From positions 1 to 61,194 of IMG/VR virus record IMGVR_UViG_3300047388_000109: a stretch of DNA of 61,194 bases; one strand, written 5' to 3'. The notes below the pieces were generated by a model. It had not been told where the DNA came from. It worked only from the letters and a program-made list of their open reading frames with translations, and ran no database searches. Positions 23,713-33,670 of this stretch are shown in pieces. The translations under genes and the position numbers were made by a program. The DNA is from a virus. Lineage: Duplodnaviria; Caudoviricetes. Each line of letters opens with the position of its first letter. Position 1 is the first letter of the stretch.

Positions 23713-25850
23713 GCCTGACGGCACCGCCACCTACCGTTTCGTCGCCCACCGGCCAGATGATCGACTGGAGGGGCGTAGTCTTCCCGTCAAAGTACATCGG
23801 AGGGGCTGGAGCTGGCAGCTACCATCGCCTCACGTACCACCTGTGCGCCACTGCGGACGGACCGTGGGAGTTTATGAAGACGGGGTACAACAGCAACGGC
23901 TCCTACGCGCCGTTTCTGTACCCGCGCTACAAGATGATGCTGTGGCCGATAGACGCGGCGACTGGGAAGGAGACCGCGCCGGTCACCGTAGCCACCCACG
24001 ACATCGTCGGCGCGGAGCTGAAGCCGGTGTTCAACGCGAAGTTCCCGCTGCCGGATGGGCTATACATCCTGCAAATCCTGCCGTTTACGCTGGCCGACGT
24101 GCCAATCGCCCCGGCCGCAGGCGAGTGCTACCCGCGCATCCCATTCTGGGTCGACAAGGGCGGCACCGCCAAGAACTTTCCGTGGTTCGCGCAAGCCTAC
24201 GGCGACTACGAGTGGACACACTCTGCGCTTGGGCCCACCGCCGGGATGACGCCGTTGCACTTCTACTGCATCAAGCCAGCGAGCGCGCACAAGGCTCAGG
24301 CGTACCCTCTTCCGCTGGACACGGACCCGTACCTGCCGATACCCACTGGAGAGAAGAAGAGCCTCACGCGCGTCAACCTGACTCTGGCTCAACAACAGGG
24401 CCTCAACTGGTACCCATGCACAACGGATCGGGGCATCCGCGTCACCGACGGCGAGCATGGCTACTACCCGGTCGGGTACACGTGCTTCCAGCCGTTCAAG
24501 CCGTACATCGACGGCCCGCGCGGTGTCGCGCAGACTGCATACACGCTCTGGCTGGGGGAGGGACGCAACAACAAGGTGTACTTCAATACGCCGCACTCGT
24601 GGCGCAGGCTTGACGCGGACGGGAAGGTGCGGACGACCATTGGCATCGTACACACCTACGCTCCCTATCACGAGGACGTGACGAAATACAGCGCGATGAA
24701 GATTCCGCAGTTTCACCCTGCGGTAAAAATCATGGGCAACTGGATCAACATACCACTGAGCGAGCAATATCCGAAACTCTCGTACTTCTCGTTCTTCGAC
24801 GACCTGACCACCCAGCCAGACCCGAACGCCGCTCCGGTGCAGGACGCCACGATGGCGTTCCCCGAGCAGCCGCATCTGGAGACCACCTTCAGGGGGCCCG
24901 TGCAGTATGGTGGCGACGCCCACGACGGCGGGTGGGTATTGGCGGCCGAGTTCGACAAGGCGGACCACCTGATACCGGCTAACGTCACGCGACACTTCAG
25001 GGTGCCTGACATCTTCGGCGGCGCGAAAAAGGACGGCATCGGCTTCTTCGCTTCGCGGAGCGGCAACGCCATCCAAATGTGGGACTACCGCTCGCGCCCG
25101 GCCAAGTTCCTCGGCAACCTGTGCGCGGCACCGGCCGGCCTCCTTGGCGGCATCATCGACGGCCGCAACCGCTACTTCCCGACGCTGAATGGCGTCGTTC
25201 TCACGCAAGCGCAGGCCCGCGCATACACCGTAGGCCCCAACGCGTTCATCCCGGGACCTGAGGGTATCTCCATCGTTGGCAACACGCTGTTCGTGGGCTC
25301 GTCATCGTGCGGGCAGGTTCTTTCCATCGACCTGACCACCAAGGTGATCACCCCCGCTTGCCCGGTCTCGATATACAACGGCCAGACCTTCGCGGTGATT
25401 CCGAGCGTGGACGCGTTGGGCAGAATCTTCACCGTCACCTTCGACAATCAGACCAACGGTCACGCGGTAGCGCACGTGCCGGGGGTAGGGGTCGGCAAGG
25501 ACGGCGTCACCTACTCGCACAACGCGGTGTGGGACTGGATCGACATTTCCTACGACGCCAGCGAGGGCGTTGGTGGGGCTACGCTCGACGGCGTCTACCC
25601 GATGTCGGTGTACGCCAGCGTGGACCGCATTATAGAGGGCGGGTCGGAAGAGAACATACGCTTCTGGCGCATGCCGAGACCCGGGGAGGCGGCGGCCCCC
25701 GACTACGCGAAACTCAAGGCTGGTCACGCGGAGTGGAATGCCGCTGGGTATGACGTGTACGGACGGCTTGGCTACCAAGCATCTGAGCTACCGTGGGGCG
25801 TCAGTTCCAACATCGACTACTGGCTACAACAACAAGGACACAAACCATAA
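23709..25850 (+). CDS. large hypothetical protein, beta-rich (possible beta-propeller)
   Basis: 713-aa ORF; aromatic/Pro/Gly-rich; PEGISIVGNTLFVG blade-like segment. Confidence 0.8.
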   Translation: MSLTAPPPTVSSPTGQMIDWRGVVFPSKYIGGAGAGSYHRLTYHLCATADGPWEFMKTGYNSNGSYAPFLYPRYKMMLWPIDAATGKETAPVTVATHDIVGAELKPVFNAKFPLPDGLYILQILPFTLADVPIAPAAGECYPRIPFWVDKGGTAKNFPWFAQAYGDYEWTHSALGPTAGMTPLHFYCIKPASAHKAQAYPLPLDTDPYLPIPTGEKKSLTRVNLTLAQQQGLNWYPCTTDRGIRVTDGEHGYYPVGYTCFQPFKPYIDGPRGVAQTAYTLWLGEGRNNKVYFNTPHSWRRLDADGKVRTTIGIVHTYAPYHEDVTKYSAMKIPQFHPAVKIMGNWINIPLSEQYPKLSYFSFFDDLTTQPDPNAAPVQDATMAFPEQPHLETTFRGPVQYGGDAHDGGWVLAAEFDKADHLIPANVTRHFRVPDIFGGAKKDGIGFFASRSGNAIQMWDYRSRPAKFLGNLCAAPAGLLGGIIDGRNRYFPTLNGVVLTQAQARAYTVGPNAFIPGPEGISIVGNTLFVGSSSCGQVLSIDLTTKVITPACPVSIYNGQTFAVIPSVDALGRIFTVTFDNQTNGHAVAHVPGVGVGKDGVTYSHNAVWDWIDISYDASEGVGGATLDGVYPMSVYASVDRIIEGGSEENIRFWRMPRPGEAAAPDYAKLKAGHAEWNAAGYDVYGRLGYQASELPWGVSSNIDYWLQQQGHKP

Positions 25851-25859
25851 GGAGCCATC

Positions 25860-26093
25860 ATGGCAGACAGCACCTACGACACAATCAAATACCGCAAGGG
25901 CAGCATTGACGACACGATGGACGCCGCCGAGGCCGGGACTCAGAAGCCGGGACCAGCGACGGCCAACGCGCCGCCATCCGTGCCCGTGCGCAACACCTCG
26001 GCCGGCCCGTTTGGAGGCAAGTCCAACCCAGACAACCAGCTGCCCGAGACCGCCTTCCACAAGGTGAAGACGTTCTTCGGGATCAAGGACTGA
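25860..26093 (+). CDS. hypothetical protein
   Basis: AAGGAG RBS. Confidence 0.7.
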   Translation: MADSTYDTIKYRKGSIDDTMDAAEAGTQKPGPATANAPPSVPVRNTSAGPFGGKSNPDNQLPETAFHKVKTFFGIKD

Positions 26094-26095
26094 CC

Positions 26096-26314
26096 GTGTC
26101 CAAGGCACCCCGCGCAGACTTCGCCCTTCCGGGCGGCAAGTTCCCACTGAACACCCCGGGGCGCGTCGCCGCCGCTCCCGGGCTCGCAGCCTACAGTGAG
26201 GCCAAGGGCAACATCACCCCGGGCCAAGAGGCCGAGGTGAAGGCCAAGGCCGCCTCGAAGCGCGGAGGAGACCGTCTCCCTGACAGCGCGTTCCATAAGC
26301 CCGGTAGCCGCTGA
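26096..26314 (+). CDS. small phage protein (DUF6582-like FALP..KFP motif)
   Basis: ADFALPGGKFPL, LPDSAF. Confidence 0.6.
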   Translation: MSKAPRADFALPGGKFPLNTPGRVAAAPGLAAYSEAKGNITPGQEAEVKAKAASKRGGDRLPDSAFHKPGSR

Positions 26315-26362
26315 CTCCCGGCGGTACAATAGCCGGACCACCCAATCCCCGAGGAGGGACCA

Positions 26363-26746
26363 ATGTTCTGTGACGTATGTGGCTGTGAGCCGTGCAGGGT
26401 AGGAGCGCCGGTGAATTACGAGAACGAGCGCCGCAAGGCTGTCGAGAGGGCTGAAGCCCAGCGCATCGCCGACATCATCAAGGACGCGTTCGCGCCGCTG
26501 TTCGACGAGCTGAAGCGCAAGCCTGCGTTCTGGGAGGATTTCGGCTTCAAGTCGAGCGACCCCGACGAGCTGGGCGTCAAGCCTGTCGAGGGCCACGTCA
26601 CCGGCGAGCAGCTGCAAAACATCATGGACCAGACGTGGCGCGCTCTGGGCGTGAAGCGCTACACCGCAGCGTACTGGCCAGACCCGGACAAGCGCTACCT
26701 CGTGACCGGCGTCGCCTTCTCGGCGACCGAGGAGGGGCAATGCTGA
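26363..26746 (+). CDS. hypothetical protein
   Basis: GAGGAGG RBS; MFCDVCGCEPC. Confidence 0.7.
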   Translation: MFCDVCGCEPCRVGAPVNYENERRKAVERAEAQRIADIIKDAFAPLFDELKRKPAFWEDFGFKSSDPDELGVKPVEGHVTGEQLQNIMDQTWRALGVKRYTAAYWPDPDKRYLVTGVAFSATEEGQC

Positions 26747-26991
26747 CCCCGTTCGACGCCGCCATCCTGATGCTGGTCCTCGTGGCCGCCGTCGGGTTCC
26801 CGCTGGTGATGATCATCAACAAACTCACCGAGGCCAACGCGCTCGCGCACAGACGCAACGAGCTGTGCGACGAGTCCAACAACATGATCGCCGCCGGCCA
26901 GCAATACGCTCAGGCTCTTGCCGAGCAGATGGCGGCCAACCAGCGCGAGCACTTCGCCGAGGTGCGCGAACAACTGAAGGACTACGAATGA
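26740..26991 (+). CDS. membrane-anchored hypothetical protein
   Basis: GGAGG RBS; N-terminal TM. Confidence 0.65.
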   Translation: MLTPFDAAILMLVLVAAVGFPLVMIINKLTEANALAHRRNELCDESNNMIAAGQQYAQALAEQMAANQREHFAEVREQLKDYE

Positions 26992-27707
26992 CGAGCCAAG
27001 AGTATATCCTGTCCGTCCTCAAGCTGCCGTTCTCCGACGAGGACAAGGCGGCCATGATCGTCAAGCTAATCGACGCCGGCATCAAGGCTGGCGTCTCAAC
27101 CGTATCGGGTTCGACCATAGGCAAAGCACCGGCAATTCAGGCCCAGCCGACAGAGCCGACGGTAGCGCCCGACCTTCTCGCCACCAAGCCGGTAACCCCA
27201 CCCGCGCCAGCTGTGACGCCAGCGCCCGTGTTCGTGCCGGCTTCGGGGGTGACTTTCCATGCCGAGAACGGCCAGCGCGTGGACGACATCGTCCCGAGCG
27301 GCACGCCCGGCACCGTGACCCTGCCGGCTACCGGCAACGTGGTCTCCGTGGGACAGCCGCAGAATGGCGAGACCGCCTTCGGCTACCTGAACCGCGTCAA
27401 GGCGCAGCTGCACGCCACCGACCTTGTGAACCGCTCGCTCGCCGTGCTGGCGATACAGGGCTGGGGCTACACCGCGACCCAGAACGGGCTCGACCCGAAG
27501 GACCCGAACAAGTGGCCGGAAATCGCCGACCGCGTCTGCAACGGCGCGTCGTACCAGACGCAGGCGCAGAAGGATGCCGCCGCGCTCGCGCGCCAGCAAA
27601 TGATCAGCGGCATGCAAAGCGTGGCCGCGCAGTATACAGCGCCTCAGCCAGCGCCCGCGCCGGCCGATGACGGAGGTACCGTACCGGTCCAGTTCGAGAA
27701 CCGGTAA
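26988..27707 (+). CDS. hypothetical protein
   Basis: ATGA overlap; Pro-rich linker. Confidence 0.7.
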   Translation: MTSQEYILSVLKLPFSDEDKAAMIVKLIDAGIKAGVSTVSGSTIGKAPAIQAQPTEPTVAPDLLATKPVTPPAPAVTPAPVFVPASGVTFHAENGQRVDDIVPSGTPGTVTLPATGNVVSVGQPQNGETAFGYLNRVKAQLHATDLVNRSLAVLAIQGWGYTATQNGLDPKDPNKWPEIADRVCNGASYQTQAQKDAAALARQQMISGMQSVAAQYTAPQPAPAPADDGGTVPVQFENR

Positions 27708-28054
27708 TGAGCCGCAACTGGAGGTGGGAAACCGCGTCCGAGCGCGCCGCCAAGGTGGTGATCGCGTTCGCCGCAGGCTTCGCATTCGGGGCGATGGTGT
27801 TCTGGTCCAAGCCAGCCCACGCCCAGAAGCCCCAGCCGCTGACCATCGTGGTGTGCGCGCAACAGGCCGCATCGTTCCGCTACGAAGGCGGGGTCATGTA
27901 CGTGACCTGTCCGCCCGACAACAAGCCGGTGCTCACCGTCTACGGATGCGTGGGCCCGTCTCTCGACCGCAACAAGACGCCCGGGCCGCGAGGCTACGAG
28001 TACACCTTCAAGTGCCAGTCATGGACGACGTACGTGCAGACCCCAAAGACGTGA
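27707..28054 (+). CDS. putative secreted Cys-containing protein
   Basis: signal-like segment ending PAHA; four Cys. Confidence 0.6.
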   Translation: MSRNWRWETASERAAKVVIAFAAGFAFGAMVFWSKPAHAQKPQPLTIVVCAQQAASFRYEGGVMYVTCPPDNKPVLTVYGCVGPSLDRNKTPGPRGYEYTFKCQSWTTYVQTPKT

Positions 28055-28338
28055 TGCGCGCAGTCGAGCAGATGGCCGGCATGCACAACTTCGTCCACGT
28101 GAGCGGCATGCCAAAGATGGGGCCGACCAGCTACACCGTGGGCAGCATCCAGTTCGCGCCGGGCACGTACGGAACCCCAGACCACAAGGGCGGCAACTTC
28201 TTCGACGGCCGCATCGCCCCGGGCATCGGCAGCGCGAGCAAGCAGACCGTCGACCTTGGTCCCATCAAGGATGCCATCGTCAAGGCGCTCGACGCGCTGA
28301 TCGACCTGCACGGCAAACTTAACGCAGTCCCAACCTGA
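28021..28338 (+). CDS. hypothetical protein
   Basis: high-GC3 ORF. Confidence 0.55.
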   Translation: MDDVRADPKDVMRAVEQMAGMHNFVHVSGMPKMGPTSYTVGSIQFAPGTYGTPDHKGGNFFDGRIAPGIGSASKQTVDLGPIKDAIVKALDALIDLHGKLNAVPT

Positions 28339-28347
28339 GGTAGACCA

Positions 28348-28722
28348 ATGGCCGTTACATACGCAGCAGCTCTCAAGAACACTCGGATGAATTCGGTCCT
28401 GACGGCCATCGACGCAGGAGGCTCTGCCGGTAGTCTGGAAATCGGGACCAGCGCGATGGGCACAGTGCTCGCCGTGCTCCCGCTGTCTCATCCAGCCGGC
28501 ACCGTATCGGCTGACGTTCTCACGTTCAGCTCGATCACCTCAGACTCGTCTGCTGATGTGACAGGTACGGCTGCCGCCGCTCGTATCAAGGACTCAGCAG
28601 GCAACGTAGTTGTGTCCGGCCTGACGGTAGGTACATCCGGGTCGAATATCAACCTCAACACCACGTCGGTCGTGTTAGGTGACAACGTAGCCATCAGCTC
28701 AGCCACGATCACGCACGGCTGA
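28348..28722 (+). CDS. virion structural protein-like (paralog of 42057-42473)
   Basis: GTAAAARIKD...LTVGTSGS motif; Ser/Thr/Ala-rich. Confidence 0.7.
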   Translation: MAVTYAAALKNTRMNSVLTAIDAGGSAGSLEIGTSAMGTVLAVLPLSHPAGTVSADVLTFSSITSDSSADVTGTAAAARIKDSAGNVVVSGLTVGTSGSNINLNTTSVVLGDNVAISSATITHG

Positions 28723-28725
28723 TAA

Positions 28726-29802
28726 ATGTCCGTCAATTTCGTCCAGCAGGTTCAGGCGAGCCTGCTGGGATCGGCGAGCACGCTGGACGCGCCGTCGATC
28801 ACACCAAGCGCCGGTAGCGTACTTGTATGCGTAGTCGAGTGCCTTGGTGCTGGCACGACCATGACACTGTCGGACACGACGGGAAGCAACGGTTCGTGGA
28901 CGTCGAGCCTGTCGCAGACCGACGCTGGCAACTTCGTCACGAAGGCGTTCTATTTGGTCAACGCCGCAGCTACGGCGTCAACGATCAGAGCGACATTCTC
29001 GCCAGCTGCCTCTGTCGTCGGGATATACGTCGCCGAGTTCTCTGGCGTAAAGACTTCCGGCGCGTTCCTTGCCGAAGCATCTCAGCTTCAACTAGCGCCG
29101 GGCAATGGAGCGGACCTCGTAAGCAGCGGACTGTCAGGCGTTCTTGGTGCGCAGCCGGCGCTGATCTTCGGGTTCACTTTCAGCGACAGCAGCCCCAACG
29201 CTACCGAGGTAGAGGGAACGGGTTTCACCGGACTGACGAAGGTATGGGACTACGCGCTTGGGTCTGGCCCATTCGCGATGCCGGAATGGAAGCGCGTGAC
29301 ATCGACCGCGTCTGTGGCTGCGACGTGGACGACGAGTGTTCAAGAGCACCACCACAACTACCTGCTGGCGTTCGCAGAGCAAACGGCAGCAAGCATCACT
29401 GGTACGCTTGACGCAACAGAGTCGGGAGACACGGCCTCAGCTACCGGGGTATTGACAGTCAGCGGTTCGCTTGTCTCGTCGGATGCTGTCGACGTCGTTG
29501 CGTTTACCGGAACGGTAACCTACACCCCGAACAGTGTCGCCGGCACGTTCGCCGCGACAGAGCAGGCGGACGTTGCAGAAATGCGCGGCCTTGGTGTTGT
29601 CCGCATCCCGCAGCTGGTGGTGCGCGGGTCCACGATGCTGTGGGGCCAGCAAGTCGCAATCATTGACGCGATGTCCGAGCTGGACTTCGTCGACCCGAAC
29701 GACAGCATCGAGCGCGCGCGCGAGCGCCGGCAGCCGGTGATCTATCCGTTCAACCGCAACGGCAAGAAGGGCTTCATCGCCCCGCTCGACCCATACGCCT
29801 GA
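28726..29802 (+). CDS. beta-sandwich virion accessory protein-like
   Basis: Ser/Thr/Ala-rich; VAEFSGV motif; ATE..D.A repeats. Confidence 0.65.
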   Translation: MSVNFVQQVQASLLGSASTLDAPSITPSAGSVLVCVVECLGAGTTMTLSDTTGSNGSWTSSLSQTDAGNFVTKAFYLVNAAATASTIRATFSPAASVVGIYVAEFSGVKTSGAFLAEASQLQLAPGNGADLVSSGLSGVLGAQPALIFGFTFSDSSPNATEVEGTGFTGLTKVWDYALGSGPFAMPEWKRVTSTASVAATWTTSVQEHHHNYLLAFAEQTAASITGTLDATESGDTASATGVLTVSGSLVSSDAVDVVAFTGTVTYTPNSVAGTFAATEQADVAEMRGLGVVRIPQLVVRGSTMLWGQQVAIIDAMSELDFVDPNDSIERARERRQPVIYPFNRNGKKGFIAPLDPYA

Positions 29803-29804
29803 CC

Positions 29805-29993
29805 ATGTGGGTTCTCATTGCGCTCGCTGGTAACGTGAACGGCCACGTGATCTACCCTGACAAGTTCGCCTCGCTGCCGGCGTGCGTTGCGCACGTGAAG
29901 GTGTTCCGCGCGGACCTTGAGAAGCAGTTCCCCACAGTCAAGTGGCGCGACATCTCGTGCTACGTCACGAGCGGAGCTGGCGAGACAACCTAA
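29805..29993 (+). CDS. small hypothetical protein
   Basis: MWVLI...F.S..AC...C pattern. Confidence 0.55.
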   Translation: MWVLIALAGNVNGHVIYPDKFASLPACVAHVKVFRADLEKQFPTVKWRDISCYVTSGAGETT

Positions 29994-30002
29994 CATGGTC
30001 TC

Positions 30003-30308
30003 ATGATGGACAAGATCACCCCCTATCGCGGGCCGCAACAGCCGTCTCCCGAGACGGAGCCTGCACCATTCGCCCCGAGAGACGTCGCTCCAGAGCGCCC
30101 GCCCCGGGAGAACTACATCGAGGCCGCCGCGCAGCTGCAACGCGACCTCGACAGAGATGCGGTCGTGGCGGCCAACCGGTCGAGTGACGACCCCTACCTC
30201 GCGCTGCCAACCGGAGTGCGAGCAAACTACAGCCGGGCAGAGTACATGTGGCTATCCGATGCGGAGAAGAGCACCCTCGTTCAGCGTGAGTGCGAACCCG
30301 ACTGCTAA
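30003..30308 (+). CDS. hypothetical protein
   Basis: YS..EY.WLSD motif. Confidence 0.65.
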   Translation: MMDKITPYRGPQQPSPETEPAPFAPRDVAPERPPRENYIEAAAQLQRDLDRDAVVAANRSSDDPYLALPTGVRANYSRAEYMWLSDAEKSTLVQRECEPDC

Positions 30309-30319
30309 GGAGAACTCCA

Positions 30320-30487
30320 ATGTTCGAATTCCTGTTGTTTCTGATCATCGGCCTGACCCTGTTCGTTCCACTGAGCGAGCGTGGCAAGCTGGTAGCGATG
30401 ATCTTCTACACCGTCATCATGGCGCTGTGGATTCTCGCTGGCGCTACTGGCTACAACGTGCCGCACTTCAACTTCGGCACGCGCTGA
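30320..30487 (+). CDS. small two-TM membrane protein
   Basis: AAGGAG RBS. Confidence 0.65.
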   Translation: MFEFLLFLIIGLTLFVPLSERGKLVAMIFYTVIMALWILAGATGYNVPHFNFGTR

Positions 30488-30543
30488 TGCTGTACACGAT
30501 TCTCATCATCCTGCTGATCCTGATCTTGCTGGGACGGCTGTAA
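30487..30543 (+). CDS. 18-aa hydrophobic peptide MLYTILIILLILILLGRL
   Basis: TGATG coupling; ends before a terminator. Confidence 0.45.
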   Translation: MLYTILIILLILILLGRL

Positions 30544-30573
30544 CATACTGACCCCATCAGGGGCAGATAGGAG

Positions 30574-30599
30574 CGGCCCCATCAGGGGCCGTTTCCTTT
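30574..30599 (+). terminator. intrinsic terminator
   Basis: CGGCCCC-ATCA-GGGGCCG plus T-rich tail; core CCCCATCAGGGGC duplicated at 30552. Confidence 0.65.
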
Positions 30600-30650
30600 C
30601 CTACCGTCGTGACGACAGGCAGACTCCCTTGGGGACTCTGAGGAGAGCGC

Positions 30651-30989
30651 ATGGAAGGTCAACTCGTCGAGTCGCCGCAAATCAGCGTGCTCGAATTCAA
30701 CCTCTGCAAGAATGCCGCAGAGCTGCTGCACAAGCACTACCCGGGCCACCTCTGGGCCGTGTCCATCAATGGATCGGTTCTCGACGTCCGCAACCTGTTC
30801 CTCTCCGGCGAGTGGGGCTTCCGCCTACACGTCCCGGCAATCTACAGCTCCAGCGACTGGGATAAGCGGATCATCACAGCCGGCGGCGAGATTCTGGAAC
30901 GGTACAAGCACAGACGCGGGGTCGTCCACGAAGGTCACATCCATGACCTGCCCACGGACTTCTCCGGGCGTCACAAACCGGAGCTGTGA
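30651..30989 (+). CDS. conserved phage hypothetical protein upstream of the portal
   Basis: LHKHYPGHLWAV...AGGEILER; GAGGAG RBS. Confidence 0.75.
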   Translation: MEGQLVESPQISVLEFNLCKNAAELLHKHYPGHLWAVSINGSVLDVRNLFLSGEWGFRLHVPAIYSSSDWDKRIITAGGEILERYKHRRGVVHEGHIHDLPTDFSGRHKPEL

Positions 30990-30992
30990 TAG

Positions 30993-33605
30993 ATGAGTTC
31001 ATCCCCAATCAATGGGTCCAGTTCCGACTGGCTCCAGATCACTCAGAGCGCCTTCAAGGACGGCCGCACGTATTTTGACGGCGGCGTCCGGCGGGACATC
31101 GAGCGGGACGTGCGCCAGTTCCAAGGGCTGCACCCGACCGATTCCAAGTACCTGTCCGACGCCTACAAGGCGCGGTCCCGGTTCTTCCGCCCGAAGACTC
31201 GCTCCACGATCCGCCGCAACGAGGCGGTCGCGGCAGCCGCGCTCTTCAGCAACACCGACGTGGTCGAGGTGGGTGCGTGGGATGACTCCGACAAGACACA
31301 GCAGGCAGCCGCATCGCTCCAGAAGGAGCTGCTGAACCTGCGCCTGAAGCACAGCATTCCGTGGTTCCACGTCGCCATCGGCGGATACCAGTCGGCACAG
31401 GCCGAAGGTCTCGTCTGCGCGCACGTGTTCTGGAAGACCGACAAGAAGCGGGACATCGACCAGCCGATGGTCGACCTCGTGCCCATCGAGAACATGGTCT
31501 TCTCGCCAGCCTCGTCGTGGTTCGACGTGGTCAACAGCTCGCCGTACCTGATCCGCATGATCCCGATGTTCGTCAAGGACGTTCAGGCGCGGATGAAGTA
31601 CACTGGCCCGACGGCGACCAAGAAGTGGAACCCATTGCCGGAGGCAACGATCCTTCAGGCGGTGCAGGCGTACAGCGACTCGATCACGCTGGCGCGCGAC
31701 AACAATCGGCCGGACGCCAAGACCACGGCGACCAGCCTGAGCCCGTACCAAGTGGTGTGGGTGTACGAGACCATCGCCGACATCGACGGCGAGGACTACA
31801 TCTGGCACTCGCTTGGTGAGACCGCGCTGCTCTCCAATGGCATCCCGTTGTCGAAGGTGTACTGGCACGGCAAGCGCCCGTACGTCATCGGCTACGCGGT
31901 AATCGAGACACACAAGATTTACCCGCCGGGCGTGTCGCGCCTGACGCGTGAGCTGCAAGGCGAGCTGAACGAAAACGCGAACCAGCGCTCCGACAACGTC
32001 AAGTTCGCGATGAACAAGCGGTACTTCGGCAAGCGCGGCGCGCAGCTGGACATCCGCTCGCTCGTGCGCAACGTGCCGTCGTCCGTGACGCTGATGAACG
32101 ACCCGGAGAAGGACGTCCACGTCGTTGAGACCAAGGACGTCACTCAGTCGGCGTTCGAGGAGCAGGACCGCCTCAACATAGACTTCGACGAAATCGCCGG
32201 CAGCAACAGCAAGTCCGCGCGGGGCGACCCGGACAACCTCGCCAACAAGGTGGGCGGTGCCGAGATGCTGTCGGAGGACGCCAACCAGATCGAGGGCTAC
32301 CAGCTCCGCACGTACGTCGAGACGTTCATCGAGCCCGTGCTCGTGCAGCTCATGCTCTGCGAGCAGCACTACGAGACCGACGAGTCGATCCTCGCCCTGT
32401 GCGGCAAGAAGGCCCAGCTGCAAGAGGACCACGGCGTCAACGAGATTGACGACAACCTGATGATGCAGGAGCTGACCCTGACGGTCCACGTCGGGATCGG
32501 GTCGACCAGCCCGCGCAAGCAGCTGGACAACCTGCTGTTCGCCCTGTCGAAGATTGTGGAGCTATTGTCGACTCCGGTTCTGTCACAATATGGGCTGGAC
32601 GTCGAGGAGCTGATCAACGAAATCTTCTCGCGCATCGGGTACCGCACGGCCGACCGCTTCTTCAAGTGGGACGACCAAGACCCGCAGATCAAGGCGCTCA
32701 ACGCTCAGGTTCAGGACCTGACGACCGCGCTGAAGAACAAGCAAGACCCGCCCGAAATCGTCGCGGCTAAGGTGCTGTTGCTCCAATCACAGGTCAAGAA
32801 AACCCTTGCGGACACATTCAATGTCAACGTCGAAGGTCTCTTTGGTTCGATGCAGGCCGCAGAAGTGGTTGCGGCCGTGCCGGCTGTGGCTCCTGTTGCG
32901 GACACCATCGCCAAGGCAGCTGGGTACGAGCCGCCTGTCCCAGAGGGTCAAGACCCGGGCATCCAACCTGCGGGCGCGGCACCCGCCGCTCCTGCGGGAC
33001 CGCCTGATGCGGGTCCTGCGCCGCCGCCAGTGGTGGGCCAACCTCCAGCGGGCCCAGCGGTTCCCCCAATGGGCACACCGGTGGCAGCGCCGGCTGGCCC
33101 GGCTGGCCCGGCCCCCGGCCTTTCGGTTGACCCCAAGGGCATCACCAACAAGCGGACCGGGATCAACTTCGTCCCCGGCACCTCACCGACCGCCGGACCA
33201 GCTGGCGTAAAGCCTGACGGCCTGCCGCAGGGCGTCAACAAGAACACGTCGCCGCAGCACACGGCCGTCGCCGGCAAGTCTTCGTTCGGCAAGCCGCCGA
33301 TGCCGAAGATGGCGAAGACAGGTCACCCTGACGTCGGGACGCACTCCGGCATCGAGGGCGGACAGACCAGCGCGCACCCAACGCGGCCACTTGCTGGCGG
33401 CATGCCGATGACTCCGGGCATGGAGCCAGCTGATCCTGAAGTCGACGCTCAAGCGCAGCACGAGCGCGACAAGGAAGCGCAGTCGCACAAGGTCAAGACA
33501 GAGACCGACGCGAAGGCGAAGCTGATCGACAAGCAGGCCGCCGCCGACATCCGTGTCGCGAAGGCCGCGCCGAAGCCGCCGAGACCAGCTTCAAAAGGAA
33601 AGTGA
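30993..33605 (+). CDS. portal protein (P22-like) with a long Pro/Gly/Ala-rich C-terminal extension
   Basis: SRFFRPKTR, RPYVIG, LQGELN...QRSDN motifs; position before scaffold and capsid. Confidence 0.85.
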   Translation: MSSSPINGSSSDWLQITQSAFKDGRTYFDGGVRRDIERDVRQFQGLHPTDSKYLSDAYKARSRFFRPKTRSTIRRNEAVAAAALFSNTDVVEVGAWDDSDKTQQAAASLQKELLNLRLKHSIPWFHVAIGGYQSAQAEGLVCAHVFWKTDKKRDIDQPMVDLVPIENMVFSPASSWFDVVNSSPYLIRMIPMFVKDVQARMKYTGPTATKKWNPLPEATILQAVQAYSDSITLARDNNRPDAKTTATSLSPYQVVWVYETIADIDGEDYIWHSLGETALLSNGIPLSKVYWHGKRPYVIGYAVIETHKIYPPGVSRLTRELQGELNENANQRSDNVKFAMNKRYFGKRGAQLDIRSLVRNVPSSVTLMNDPEKDVHVVETKDVTQSAFEEQDRLNIDFDEIAGSNSKSARGDPDNLANKVGGAEMLSEDANQIEGYQLRTYVETFIEPVLVQLMLCEQHYETDESILALCGKKAQLQEDHGVNEIDDNLMMQELTLTVHVGIGSTSPRKQLDNLLFALSKIVELLSTPVLSQYGLDVEELINEIFSRIGYRTADRFFKWDDQDPQIKALNAQVQDLTTALKNKQDPPEIVAAKVLLLQSQVKKTLADTFNVNVEGLFGSMQAAEVVAAVPAVAPVADTIAKAAGYEPPVPEGQDPGIQPAGAAPAAPAGPPDAGPAPPPVVGQPPAGPAVPPMGTPVAAPAGPAGPAPGLSVDPKGITNKRTGINFVPGTSPTAGPAGVKPDGLPQGVNKNTSPQHTAVAGKSSFGKPPMPKMAKTGHPDVGTHSGIEGGQTSAHPTRPLAGGMPMTPGMEPADPEVDAQAQHERDKEAQSHKVKTETDAKAKLIDKQAAADIRVAKAAPKPPRPASKGK

Positions 33606-33670
33606 CATTATTTTAGCTTTCTGCTGGTCAAAGTGAAAGAATACTTGCATTTCCACCCTGAGGAGGGACT

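Noticed and set aside
30999-32489. Long antisense ORFs (also 17358-18530+, 39083-40459-, 54893-56344-, 57425-58648-, 59672-60913-)
   Set aside because: These are shadow frames of high-GC3 genes on the opposite strand, with no RBS or recognisable motifs.
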